The translations under genes were made by a program, and so were the position numbers. Below, in pieces: positions 11,360 to 25,317 of a stretch of 64,000 bases of DNA (position 1 is the first letter of the stretch; every line of letters begins with the position of its first letter). The stretch is from assembly GCF_009914755.1 (NCBI RefSeq), contig NC_060929.1; one strand, written 5' to 3'. Source of the stretch: the human T2T-CHM13v2.0 reference genome, Homo sapiens. Below the pieces are notes generated by a model. That model had not been told where the DNA came from. It did no database searches and worked only from the letters and a program-made list of their open reading frames with translations.

Positions 11360-14300
11360 GTAATTTGGTATGATTTCCTACTTAAGTTCAACATGAATGA
11401 GGTTTTCCAAGCAGATTTTATGCTCAGCTAAGTTTCATGTCTATGTTAAATACAGGTAGGGATTCCGTAAGTGCCTTTTATGATTAAGCTTCCTTTCACA
11501 TATCCCATCTCACCCAATTGGGAGGATTCCATTTAACAGACCCCCCAAAATCAAACAAGTTCATAGTTTTCCAAAGCAATTTGAGTACTACAGAGAATAA
11601 AGTTTTAAAATTAACCCTAAATAGTTATGTAGCATGGTGATGAGAAATCATTCCCTATTTAATCTGATAATGCCACAAAAGGAAATGAGGGCAAAATCAT
11701 TGTTTCAAAGAGAAGAATGTTGATATTTCTGTGTATTAGGATGTATAAACACTTACATAGCAGAGTAAGCCTAGTTTAATGGGGCAGACTGCATTGGATG
11801 GTAGACCAACATGTAATTCATAGGCACACATCTGCACAGGAGGTGGTCATCAGTGGATTCTGGCCACAGGTAATAGGCGGATACCCAGATAGACAAGTAG
11901 TTGTGTTATATGTCCCAAACTTGAGTTCAAAGCAGTACTGTGGGTATTTAGGAAAGAAATCTAAGACTAACAAGATAGTTTACTGAGATAGAGAAATGGC
12001 TGCAATAATAAAAAGTAGGAAGTCATTTCTTAGTGGATTAAATACCACGTAGAGGCTGACTACCAAGAACAATGGCAAAATCTAAATTCTAATACTAAGG
12101 CAGAAGGTCAAAGTGAGCTAAACCACAGGCTGACTTGAAGTTGATTTGCCTAAGATATTTACCTAGCCATTCTTAAATTCATCCTGATCTGGTCCAGAAC
12201 CCTGGCTGGGGATTCAGGTAGGGGCTAGGTGGCCCCAGCTGCAGGGAATAGAAAGCCAGGAAGCTGGGAGCCCGATGAGTTATCATAGCATCTATAACTG
12301 GAATGGGCAACCACTCAGTCATAGATTAACAAGACATGTAGGTTGATTGGGACCTGCTTACTTCTCTGCCCTTCCTGTATGGCAGAAATTGTAGCTTAAT
12401 TCTTCCCTTTTCTCTCTTTTTACACATGCTTTGTGGAGTTTGAAGTGGATACTTTCTAAAATGTACTTGACTGCTATAAAATTTGGACTGGGCAACACTT
12501 GTCTATAACGTCCAGCTGAATATGCTCACCACTTTCAGATAATTGGAAACAAACGTTCTATGACATGGTATTCATATTTATATCCAAGGCCCAAACTTAA
12601 AAAATTTAGAAAACCATAACATGGAGCAAATAGTTTGGCAATTCATAAACTACATTAAAAAACTGTCAATCTCTCTCACTTTGTCGCTCCATGAACTTAG
12701 GTCAGATAATGATAATCAACTCCAACCCAGTACTACTGTTCAAGCAGACCTGTTCATGCACACAAACCCACAGAGACTCTACAAAACAAATTCAACAGTT
12801 CACCACCCTACCAATATAAGAAAAACAAAAAGAGACAAACAGAAAACTAAAATCATAGTAGAATGAAAATGCTACATACTTACAGGCTATGAGTCCCCCA
12901 AACCAGAATGAAAATATGTAGGGTGAGTGTCCAAAAACAATTCTGTGTGTTAATAATACAATAAATCAGGCCCAGATGTCATAAACACAATAAATCAATT
13001 GAAACTGCCAAACCACTTCTCTCAACCTACTGGATTTAATTAAAACCACCACTCGGTTCATGAGAGGCCTTCTAATAGAGCCGATAATATCACTCCGGCT
13101 CAACCATCCACCTAACCTGATGTGGGAGACGCAGCATGTTAAATTTTAATCTACAGGCCTGTTAAACATGGCAGGGTTTAGTACACATCTGCAGTGATGG
13201 ACTGTCATTCCTCCAAGCCCTCCTCTCATCCTCCTGAAGTACTCATTTAGAATGCTATCCATCTGCCTTTGCCCTCATAATATGGTAAGTGCCAGATAAA
13301 CACTATAGGAATATTGACTTTTTGGTCGTTGTTTTTTTGTTAAAAATACAGCACGGTCATTGAAAACAGACTAGCTTATTTGATCAAATACGTGAAACAA
13401 AGGGTGGCACTGTGTTGGTGGTTTTACATTTTTTAGTGAATCTTCCCAAGACATCCTAACTCTAGCCTTATGTCTATAAAGATCTGTTCCCAAAAAGCCC
13501 ATAAATGCCACTCAGGAGAAGGACAGAAAGAATAAGAGAAAACAACAACAACAATGAAACACTCACAAACTATTGTGAATTCATGAAGCTGACAAAGGGC
13601 ACAGGCTTGAAGGCATCTTCTAGGACTGGAGGTTAGAAATCTCATTGGCCCGTAAATAGAAAAGATCCCTTGAGTTTACTGCAGAAAAGACACAGAGATA
13701 CCCATTCACGAGGTTGTTTTAACTTGAAGGATCACATTATTCATCATGAACAATCTCAAAACGCAGTCAACAGAAGCCTTCCTGGCAGCTTCCTTGTGTA
13801 TACTTGGCTCCATTTTATAAAGACAGAACAGACTATGTTTGGCATTTTTGCCTTGAGTTATTGACATGTTTTAAATTATGCTGTTTTACGTCCATTCTTA
13901 ATAGAACAGAAATCTGCTACAAACGATCTTTATTAACAGACTGCCTCAGGTGCTGAGCAGACTCTCCATTTAACAACATCTCCAAACAGACAGGCAGAGA
14001 GCTTGCTAATAGGCTTTTCCAACCCTTTGGCTTCTGTGAGATGTAAGTGGATTATGGAGATTTGTTTGTCAGGCTATCTTTTTACATCACTGTCTGAGTA
14101 ATTGCCACAAAGGCCTATTGCTTTGCCCTAATTAACAAAATGTACAAAATCCTAAGCATAGAACTTTTATTGATGAGCCATCTTCATGGAAAGCTTATGA
14201 ACCCCCATGACTCCTGGCCCGAGACAGATGCTCTTCATCATGTCACACACTTGACTCCAGTCTGTTAATATACCAGGGACTCGTCTTAGCATTTTGAGCT

Positions 14301-14608
14301 ACTCAGAAAGTGCCAGAGAAAAACACATTTATTGGTTGTGGTTTAAAAACCAGTAGCCTTGGCATAAGACAACTTGTTAAGCAAATTTCACCATTTGTTT
14401 ACTATAAAACTGTTTTAATACTATCAGTTCTACTTTTTTCCATGAAAATTGATCCTTGAGAAGGTAATTTCAGTAATAAAAACTACAAGGTTAATAAGTA
14501 GAGAAAAAAATAAGCAGAAAACGTGACTTGAAGGAAGTAAAAAACACAAAGAAGAAATAAGAGTTAATTTATTGTTCAGCCACTTTTTGTTAACTCAACC
14601 ATTATTTC

Positions 14609-15290
<682 letters not shown>

Positions 15291-16084
15291 CAAAAACATA
15301 TTTTAATGTGCTTATACACATAGATGGATTAAAAAGTTTTGACTAAATTTGTGTGTTTTTTAAAAATTTAAATCAACCAAGTAACCAGGTAATGAATGCA
15401 TAGCAACAGATACATTAAATCCGAACAGTTTAATGGGTTTTAGTTGAGAACTGAGCTGGAGCAACATACGTAGGATTCAACTAATTCAGAAAACTTAAAG
15501 GGCCCGAGGCTAGATTGTATTTATTTTCCTTTTTGTTTTTCCAGGATTAAAGGGTACACAGCATTTTTTTTCTAAATCTGGAAAAGATATCATTTATCTA
15601 ATCTTAGGAAATTGTGCTGAATTTGGGGGAAGTTTTATCCCAAAGTCTAAACATAGAGCTTTAAGCACATACATAGGCATTCATTAACACAAAATTGAAT
15701 TCAGGAGAAATGTGATGAGAACCTGACATGTGTCAAGCCTTTCTGCTGTATGCTAAATATTTATGATAAATGTCATAGCAGCTGTCTTCAAACATAAAAA
15801 GCAAACATCAGAGCAGTGTAAGCCTAAAGGGTTAGGCAGGTCAAGGTCAACGGGCTGAACAGAATATGGTGAGTGGCTCTTGGGTATTCTTCCATCTACA
15901 AGGAGAGATTATACCAGGAAAAGGTAACCTCTACTGCACCAGCAGCTCCTTCCACTAGCCACTGGGGAATTAAAATAAAAGGTAAAGAAGGCCTTCTTTT
16001 GGATCCACAGCAGTAACAACAGCAATACCAATAATTAACGCAAGCTATTGTTTGTTGAGGGCTAACCTTGTTCCTCATTCCCTT

Positions 16085-16290
16085 TGTTAATGGCTTACGT
16101 TCATGAACTTCTTTAATCTTAAAAAGAGCCCTGCAAAAGTAGATATTACCACTATCTCCATTTCATATGTGAGGACACAGACAGAGAGTAGCCATTTGCT
16201 CAAGATTGCCAAGCCAAGAAGGGTTCCATGAGTGTTTAAACCTAGAAGTAAGTCTGAAGCTTAGCCCCTTATTCATGGCACTAAATTTCC
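16085..16290 (-). mobile_element. MIR SINE
   Basis: 'tttaatctta..gccctgcaaaagtagatattaccactatctccatttcatatgtgaggacacaga..tttgctcaagattgcc..tttaaacctag'. Confidence 0.7.
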
Positions 16291-19200
16291 AGGGACTTGA
16301 TTGATGCTCTGGCATTTTTGGTGGTTTGGAGGGAGGGAGGCAGTGATTCATCACTCTTTACCCAGCCCGTTGTTTTCCCCGGGTTTTGCAAGAGATCATG
16401 TTTAAGGTCAACTGGTTATCACCTGCCTAGACGCTAGTGATTTACAATTATTTCTTTATTAAGAAAATGCTTGGTGTGTGAGTGGTCTCTCTCTGAAAAA
16501 ATGCCAACAGGAAGGCCTTGTCAGATTTTTGGCAGATACACATTTAAACACATAAAAACAAGTTTAAACACTATCATTTATGCATAATTCTTTCTTGGCA
16601 TCATCTCTCACTTGCCACAATTTGCAGCCAGAAAACACTTATTTCTACTTTTCTTACTCTAGAAATAATCCAGCCTTAAGTGGATCTAATTCCTTCCCAG
16701 AAGAGAAACAGCCTTGTCAGGACTTGGTTGTGTGTGCTGTGTTTGAGGCATCAAGGTTTCCATTTACGGCACAGCTGCACGGACTCCGAAAGCTGGTGCT
16801 GAGCCAGAGCTCTGTACCCACTGAGATCTGTAGTCTGGAATGATAAACACACAGCTGCCTGTGGCGAGGGCCACAGGCATAATAGATGGCCACATCTCAA
16901 CCAGAGTCAAGCGAAGCCTACACAAATCATTAATCCAACTGCTTATATGTTAAATATCACAAACTGTGTACGAAATGGTGAGCTATCTCAGTGGAAGGAG
17001 GGGAAAATGGCAGAGGCAATTTAAGGAAACAGGAGAGTAAGTGGCTGTAAGTCCTCTGCAAAGTCCTGCTCTAGAGCTGATTTACTGCCACCAAGCCCTC
17101 TTGCTGCAAATAGTTCATAAAGCCTATGACCTGAGTACTTGCCCACGGGACCACAATAACATTTATCTAGCATAAATTAATGTGTTTCAACCACTAATTC
17201 AATTTGGCTGTCTCATTCTTCTGGTTTTGGCAAAGCCTAGCCTTGCTATAAAGTCACTCCGTGACTCACACGAATGGCTGTGTTTGTTAAGGAGTCACAC
17301 ACCACTAGGAACAAAGAGTGCTATTAGTTGAGTAGTCATAAAATATACCTCCCGAGCACATTTGGAGCTGTGCTAATTGAAACTTCCTCTTTAGAGGAGC
17401 CTGATCAAAACCAGCTGTAGGAGTCAAGCAGGAACGGATTTCAACATTACATTAAAAGCCCAACAAATTCAGTAAGAGCAGCCTCTGAGAGAAGAGGGCA
17501 TTCCAGCCTGAACAAATGCTCTAATTGCCTCCTGACATGCTGCAAAGAAAGCTTGTGACCTGAGCCTGGAGAGCTGTGGAGAGAAACTTCTCCATAAGAT
17601 TTGAAAAAAAGCAACCTCTAGGGCAGTTCTCCTCATAAAATTCCAGATCTGCCAACATTCTCAAGTAACACATGTGAAAACCCACAAAAGCTGAGTGAAT
17701 TTAGGCAAATGAAGTGATATATTGTTCTGAAAGGGGAAAAACAGAGCTTAAGTATTTTCAATGGTAATATGACCTTTTATGGACATCCCTTTAGTATTGA
17801 AAACAAAAACAAAACCTCCAACTCACAGAGGAACAAACAAAATACAAATAAGAAGCAAAAGCCTGGATGAATCGCAAAGAAAAGACACAGAGTGTATTTA
17901 AAGACAAAAAATGAGAGCTGTCTCTTCCTCTTTGGCGGCTTGTGAATTTCCTATTCCAAGACATAAGGGCTGCACTCTGCCAATGTGTATAAAATCAAAT
18001 GCATCCATAGGTTCGCTGAAAATGTGGAATAATCATGCATTTTCTGTGTTTGCTTTACTTGAGGGTGGTTTAGCCATTTGTAAAGGAAGCAGTCATTGAT
18101 ATATAAATATAAATAGCAAATCTATCCATCAAATATGTGCATTGTATTTAATTTAGATGAGTGGAATGCCTGGAAATGTTACAAGCAAGTTTTGCATTAT
18201 AACACCTTTAAGTAGCATATAAATTAGAAAGGATTGCTGATCTTTATAATTTATTTACTCATCAATTTAATGGAGTATCTAATTTTGGAGCTATGTCACA
18301 CTGATTCTTAAAGATACAGGGTGGGGGAGGTTTATTTACATAGATATAGAAAGGACCATTATGTTTTATGTCATAAAAGAGTGAGTGACTTATATGTAGT
18401 ATATGAATTATAATGATTATTCTGGAGGATCTAATTATAGTCTCACAAATAATAACCATGAAAGATGAAAGATGCTCCATTTTTGTACTTTTTTGGGGAC
18501 TGTGTTAAGAGGCTAACCTGTCCTTTCTCCTTTTTGTTTCTTTTATCCCAACAGAAGGTATTAAACTAGTAATAACTCACTGGGTTAAACGCAAAACAAA
18601 AACAAAAGCACCCACACAAAAGAAGAAATTATATGGTTACATAGTCATGTAACTCCCTGTTTCATTTTTATGTTAAAAGCTTGCATTTAGAGTTTAACAG
18701 ACTGGCATAAAATGTGGCCTTCGGTGCATGTGATGTGGTCTTCTGAATTTGTGAACATACCAGTGGAAAGTATTTCTGTTGCTGCTTTAGTATTCATCTG
18801 GCTTGTCAGATCCTGAATCATTCTCAATGCATAATGCAATTCACATTCCAATGCTATGCCCTTGATTTTATTTATCTTGCTTATCCAAGTACTATAGACA
18901 TTAGGGAGTATTAAATATAGTGATCTTAAACTGGATAGAGAAAGTTGAAGAGTTGGAAAAAAATTTCAAAAGATAATTCAAAATTAAGTGATGAAAAAAA
19001 AAACATGTAAAATATGGCCAAACATAAAAATATTCTGATTTAAAACAGAGTGAAGAAAATAGTCATTATCCCAATTTTACCACTAAAATATTACTTAAAA
19101 ACTCAGAAAAGTTGAATTCTCGTGTTGCACCAAAACTAGACTCGAAGTTAACTAATAATAACAATGAAGGAGCTTTCAATTATCTTAGAATTAAAACGAC

Positions 19201-19750
19201 AAAAACTAAAAATGACTTCCAGGTTCCATATAATTAGAAACTGTGGAGATCAGTCCACTCCAAAATGGTTTGAAAACCTTTGCTTCTTCCCTACTGCTTT
19301 ACCCCTGGTTCAGTAAATTGTCCTTACTAAAGCCAGTTAGGCAGCTGTTCTCAGGACTGAGGGAGTTTCATTCCAAAGCAGCACAATACTGTCTCCTCCT
19401 TCCTTTCACAACATCTGTGATTTCTGTCTGTGAACAGAAAGAGATTGTCCACTAAAACTCGCAGAAATCCAAGCAGAGAGTCAGTGGGTTGCTTTGGGAG
19501 GTGGTGTTGAACATTCAAGAATTAAAACGCAAAGCAAATGCAGGGTCAGGACCAAGCAAAGAATTCACCTCAGGCCAGCAGGATGGCAGTAGACAAAATT
19601 TGATAAACCCTGGGAATTGGATTAGGAGTTAAACATGATCTTCTCTGTAGGAGGAGGAATAGGCCAGAAGCCATGAAGATGTCCAAAGGGTAAGCCCAGA
19701 TAGATATTTCTTTATTGTAAGACACATTATTAAAATTAATCGTGAAGTAA

Positions 19751-20499
19751 TCATCAGAGACATGCAAATCAAAACCACAATGAGATACCATCTCACACCA
19801 GTTAGAATGGCGATCATTAAAAAGTCAGGAAACAACAGGTGCTGGAGAGGATGTGGAGAAATAGGAACACTTTGACACTGTTGGTGGGACTGTAAACCGG
19901 TTCAACTATTGTGGAAGACAGTGTGGCGATTCCCCAGGGATCTAGAGCTAGAAATACCATTTGACCAGCCATCCCATTACTGGGTATATACCCAAAGGAT
20001 TATAAATCATGCTGCTATAAAGACACATGCACATGTATGTTTATTGTGGCACTATTCACAATAACAAAGACCTGGAACCAACCCAAATGTCCAACAATGA
20101 TAGATTGGATTAAGAAAATGTAGCACATATACACCATGGAATACTATGCAGCCATAAAAAAGGATGAGTTCATGTCCTTTGCAGGGACATGGATGAAGCT
20201 GGAAACCATCATTCTCAGCAAACTATTGCAAGGACAAAAAACCAAACATCGCATGTTCTCACTCATAGCTGGTAATTGAACAATGAGAACACTTGGACAC
20301 AGGAAGTGGGACATCACCCCCTTGTTGTGAGGTGGGGGGACGGGGGAGGGATAGCATTAGGAGATATACCTAATGTAAATGATGAGTTAAGGGGTGCAAC
20401 ACACCAACATGGCACATGTATACATATGTAACAAAACCTGCACGTTGTGCACATGTACCCTAGAACTTAAAGTATAATAATAATAATAATGAAAAAAAA
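19751..20499 (+). mobile_element. L1PA (PA4-PA6-like), 5'-truncated: end of ORF2 plus 3' UTR
   Basis: Near-consensus 'catcagaga.atgcaaatcaaaaccacaatgagataccatctcacaccagttagaatggcgatc' through 'cacatgtaccctagaacttaaagtataataa' and an A-rich tail. Confidence 0.97.
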
Positions 20500-20854
20500 T
20501 ACAGCAAAACAAGAAAAAATATTTGTCATCTTAAGGATTCAGATGAAGAGCAGACCTCTGAGTCCATGAACTACAAGAACAGAAATATTAATTGAGCATA
20601 TTGTTTGGGAGCTTCATGTGACAAAGGCAGTTGGTGTCTCATTCTTCCTAGGCTGGGCATATGTAACTGCATTACTCAAACTCCCTTATAGATACATGGT
20701 CAAGACTAAGCTTTCTTCGGTGGAACGTAAATGAATGGCTGTTACTGGATTAAAAATTACAACAAACAAACAAAACCTCCCAAAAACTCTTGCCCTGGAC
20801 ATCCACTTTTCTATTGATTAGAAAAAGTACCCTTGGAAAATAAACATCAGAAAG

Positions 20855-21435
20855 GCAGAGCTCTGCTGCATGATGATAGAATAGGTAAATTAGCTCTCAC
20901 AAGGAGACTGACTATTGGAGTAGAGATGAGGGTAGAAAAAAAGCAGAAAAATAATTAAAAGAGAATGTACAAACTGGACATTTTAAAATAATTATCTTTA
21001 CTTGAAGATATCTAATAGCTAACAAAACTGTGAAGAATTTTAGGAATAAGATCAATGAAAAAACAAGAAACCCAGATAAGTGAGCCCAGTGCTTGGAGAC
21101 AGTTTCTCCCAATAGCAGCTGCCAATTCTAAAAGTCAAGTGAGAAGCTAAGAAGCTAAGCAGAACTGTGACTGACTTGCAAAATGATAGGGACAAAAATT
21201 GAAGTCCAGGGATCATGAAGGGTTAGGATACCCACACACTTTGTGCTAGAACTCTGAAGGCCCTCCTCCATCCCCTAGTGTGGTAAGGCTGATGTAGTTG
21301 GAGCCCAGCTGTCTCAGGGACTTACACCAGCCTCCAGTCACTTTGATCCAATTTTAGTGACGGCAGTGATTCCAGATTGCTAATGCCACTAGTTGTGTGC
21401 TAAAAACAAATGTAAAAAATTACATTTGTCCTTAA
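20855..21435 (+). mobile_element. Old L1M (L1ME-like) 5' region; resumes at ~23805-24030
   Basis: 'agaaacccagataagtgagcccagtgcttggagacagttt..gaagctaagcagaac..gggacaaaaattgaagtccaggg'. The continuation 'aaataattgttcatatacaatgtctgg..acagacaatgaaaatgcactcaaaaggactc' follows the antisense L1. Confidence 0.6.
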
Positions 21436-21444
21436 ATGATTGAT

Positions 21445-23800
21445 TTTTTTCAAATGAAGCTTATTGAGGTACAATTTACATTCAGTTAAATTCCCCCTTT
21501 TTATTGGACAGTTCTATAAATTTTGACAAATGCATACACTAATTTAACTGCCACTATGATAAAGATATGGAACACGTCTGTCATCTCCCAAAGTTCCCTC
21601 ATGTCCCTTTGTGATCAATCTGCTTCCTCCACACCTTGTCCATGGCAATTACTGATTTAATTTTTGTCACTATGGTTTTGTCCTTTCTAGGAAGTTGTAT
21701 TAATGAAATCCTGCAGTTGTTGCCTTTTGAATCTGTGTATTTTCACTTAATATTGTACATTTGAAATTCATGTCTGTGTTTGCACAAAGCAATCATTTGT
21801 TCTACTTTGTCACTAAGTAATATTCCATTGTATGGATGTACAACAGTTTATTATTCATTAGCTTGTGGATATTTAAATGCTTTCCAGTTTTTGGTATTTT
21901 TAAACAAAGCTGATAAATTTGTTTTTGTACAGGTTTTTGTGTGAACACATACTTTTATTTCTCCTGGGTAAATTCCTAGGAGTGGGATTATTGAAGCATA
22001 TTACAGTTTAAATTTAAACTGTTTACTGTTTTTCCAAAGTGGTAGTATATCATTTTGCCTTCCTACCAATAATATATGAGAGTTCTGGTGGCTTTGCATA
22101 CTGGCTAGCAGTTGGTGTGGTCAGATTTTTTTTTTTCTTTACAAAAACAGAAAAACAGCTATTCTAAATATGCAGTGGTATCTCTTTGCAGTTTTAATTT
22201 TCAATTCTCTCATGACTAATGATGTTGAATTTCTTTTCATTTACTTATTTTCTGTCAGTTTGTCTTCTTAGGTGTTCAAATCTTTTGCCCATAATTTTAA
22301 TGTTTTGCTTGTTTGTTTCCCTATTTGGTTGTGAGAGTTCTTTATATATTCTGAAACAAGTTTTTTTTTTTTTTTTATCAGATATAGGCTCTGAAAATAT
22401 TTTGTCTTAGTCTATGGCTTGTCTTTTCATTGTCTTTTCAAAGCCTTTGAAAGAGTAAAATATTTAATCTTGATGAAGTCCTATTTATCACTTTTCTATG
22501 GTTTCTGCTTTTTATTGCTCTAAGAAATCTTCACCTAACCCAAGGCCACTAAGGTTTTTTCTTATGCTTTCCCCCTCAAAATGTTACAGTTTTAAGTCTG
22601 TGATCCTTCCAGTTAATTTTCATTCATGATGTGATATATGGGTTGAGGTTTTATTTGCATACAGCTGTCCAATTATTCCAATAACACCTACTGAAAATAC
22701 TAATTTATTTATTGAATTGCCTGGAACCTTTGTTGCAAGTCCATTGACCATATATGTGTGGGTCTATTTCTGGACTGTTTGTTTAGTCTGTTCCATTGAT
22801 CTTTTTCTTTGTCTTTTCACTTTGTCTCACTGTCTTAATTGCTGTAGAGTTTCAGTAGGTTGAGTACTATTAGTTCACCCACTTTGATTTTTTCCATTTT
22901 TTGGTGGGGAGTGTTATTCTTTCTTTGCTTTTTCCATTCAAGCTTTATAATTAGCTTTTTGATTGATTTTCTTATGAAAAAGTGCATTGGCATTTTAACT
23001 GGGATTACATCAAATCTATAGAACATTTTTGGAGAGAATTAGCTACTTAACAATATTGATTTTTCTAATCTATGAAAATTGTTCTGTAGTTCATAACAGC
23101 CAAATCTTACGTATATTTTGTTAGATTTCTCACAAAGTATTTCATATTTTGATGCTACTGTAAAAGGCACTGTTTTATTTAATTTGTTTCTAATTTTTCA
23201 TTGCTAGTATATTGAAAATAATTGATTTTTATATATTGACTTTGTCCCCAGTGATCTTTTGAAACTTACCCACCAGTTCTAGGAGCTGTTTTATACATTC
23301 CTTAGGATTTTTAATGCAGACTGTCATGTTATTTGTGAATGGAGGCTGTTGTATTTCTTCCTTTCCAATCCAGATGCCTTTTATTTCTTTTTCTTACTTA
23401 TTGCAGTAGCTAGTACCTGCATTGAACAGAAGTGAAAACATTGGCCTTTTTTGCCCTAGTACTAATCTTAAGGGGAAAGCATTCAGTATTTTGCCCTTAA
23501 GTATAATGTTAGCTGCATGTTTTTAAAATCAATGTATTTTTAGTTGAAGAAGTTTTCTTCAATTCATACTTGACTGAGAAAATATTTTTTAAATATCATT
23601 AACATATTCAATTTTGTCAAATGCTTTTTATGCCTCTGTTGAGATTATATAGTTTTTTTTTAGCCTGTTGATATAGTAAAATATATTGATTATTTTAAAA
23701 CATTGAACCTACTTGGCAATGTATGGGATACATTCCACTCGGTCCTGATATATTATTTTTTCCTATGTTTCCAGGTTTGATTTGCCGGTTGTTTTGTTGA
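21445..23800 (-). mobile_element. Old L1 (L1ME1/L1MD-like): 3' UTR plus degraded ORF2
   Basis: 'ttattgaggtacaatttaca..ttttgacaaatgcataca..aagttccctcatgtcccttt', then antisense ORF2 hallmarks ('tgtgtgggtctatttctggact', 'aaggggaaagcattcagt..taagtataatgttagctg'). Confidence 0.9.
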
Positions 23801-25000
23801 GAAATCAATTAAAAATAATTGTTCATATACAATGTCTGGTATTTAATAAAAATAACTATACTCATAGAAATAATTCAGCTTGAATGAAAACTAAGAAGAA
23901 TTACAGACAATGAAAATGCACTCAAAAGGACTCTTAAAGCATTAACAGATACATAATTTTAAAATCTACACATAATATCTTCAAAATAAATGAAAGACAG
24001 GATTTGAAATTTTGGCAGAGAGCTGAAGGGTTGTGAATCTGTACCAGTTCTCTTAGCTCTTTACCCAATAGCTTGTTTGTGCTAGCCTGCTAACATTCCT
24101 CTAACACAGGCGAGGTGAGCCTGATTTATATGAAGATGAGGCTAGCCAAGACTATTCCAAGGCAATGCGGGAAAGAGACAACAGCAGAGCTTAAAACTTT
24201 GCCTCTCTGACAAATCCCCTCCTATCTCCTGACTTCTACTCCCACGTACTCTATAACATCCTGCCACTATACACATAATCAACACAAATAGATATTAGTG
24301 TCCCTAAAAGACTCTGAAGATTTTAAGATTTGGTGTTATCTTTCAGTTTCTGTTTTATTTCCCTTCAGAATTGGTCTTGGCAGAGGCAAAACAAGATGAG
24401 AAGTGTACCTTTTGTAGTTCCTGCATTTTCTGCACATATGGGCAGGAATACTTTTTGTGCTTTCACTAAAAGACAATGTGAGATATGGATGTTTTATTAT
24501 CACAATGATTCCTCCTCTTTTCTCTTTATTATTATCTTTCATACTTGCAAATTGTTTGCTGAGAACTTTTTTTTTTTATTTTATGAAATTCGGGTTGAAT
24601 ATGCCTGATTGTAAAAACTCTGCTATTTGAATGTTTGTTCAACTTTTATTTTTACATCCTTGAAAATGGGAAAAAAAATCTAACATTTACTGATGAAGAA
24701 GTGTGCTGTGTTTATAAAATTCCAGGAAACTGAGATTGAATACAGCACAGTAAACTAAAAACAGAAAAAATAGAATTGAAGAAGAAACAGTAAGAAAAAG
24801 AGCATGCATAATGATCAAATAATTCACTAAGTAATCTAGATAATCAATAATCTAATAACCAGATAATTAGTTGTGGTGTTAATAGCAGTTTTAATATCAT
24901 GTATACTATCAGATATAGCATTTGTAATATACCATGTGTAATACACTACTTATGTATAGATGTTCCACTGCTACTATCAGACAAAAGGGAATTTAGGCTC

Positions 25001-25224
25001 TGTGACAGTCAGGAAGTTATGCCTTCCAGATTTTCCTTCAAAAGAACTTGCTGCCAGGGGAGGAGGTGAGATAATTGACTGCTAGCCTACAGCTGTTGCA
25101 TCTTCTGATCCCTCATGGGATTCATGCCAAGGCCATTCATTCTGAACTGCACCCAGCTAATGCCTGAGCATGGGGAAGGTATTAGGGCAAGACTATTTCT
25201 GCCCAGTATGAAACTCCTCTAATG
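25001..25224 (+). mobile_element. ERVL LTR16A/B-like, 5' portion
   Basis: 'tgtgacagtcagg..cagattttccttcaaaagaacttgctgcc..cagctgttgca..gccaaggccatt..gcacccagctaatgcctgagc..ctatttctgcccagtatgaaactcctctaatgg'. Confidence 0.7.
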
Positions 25225-25317
25225 GATGCCCTGGAGAACATCACATGAAGCCATTTCATCGATAACATCATGCTGATCAGGTAGGATGAGCACAAAGTGG
25301 CTGGTGCGCAGGAGGCC
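25225..25317 (+). pseudogene. ERVL (HERV16/ERVL-E-like) pol fragment spanning the RT catalytic motif
   Basis: Translates DALENIT*SHFIDNIMLIR*DEHKVAGAQEA, versus ERVL RT 'DIPQNITLVHYIDDIMLIGP.EQEVA.TL.A'; two in-frame stops. Confidence 0.75.

Noticed and set aside
19751-19800. Two L1PA fragments (19751 and 46643) begin at almost the same consensus position
   Set aside because: They are different subfamilies, one junction looks like a deletion, and two cases are compatible with coincidence.
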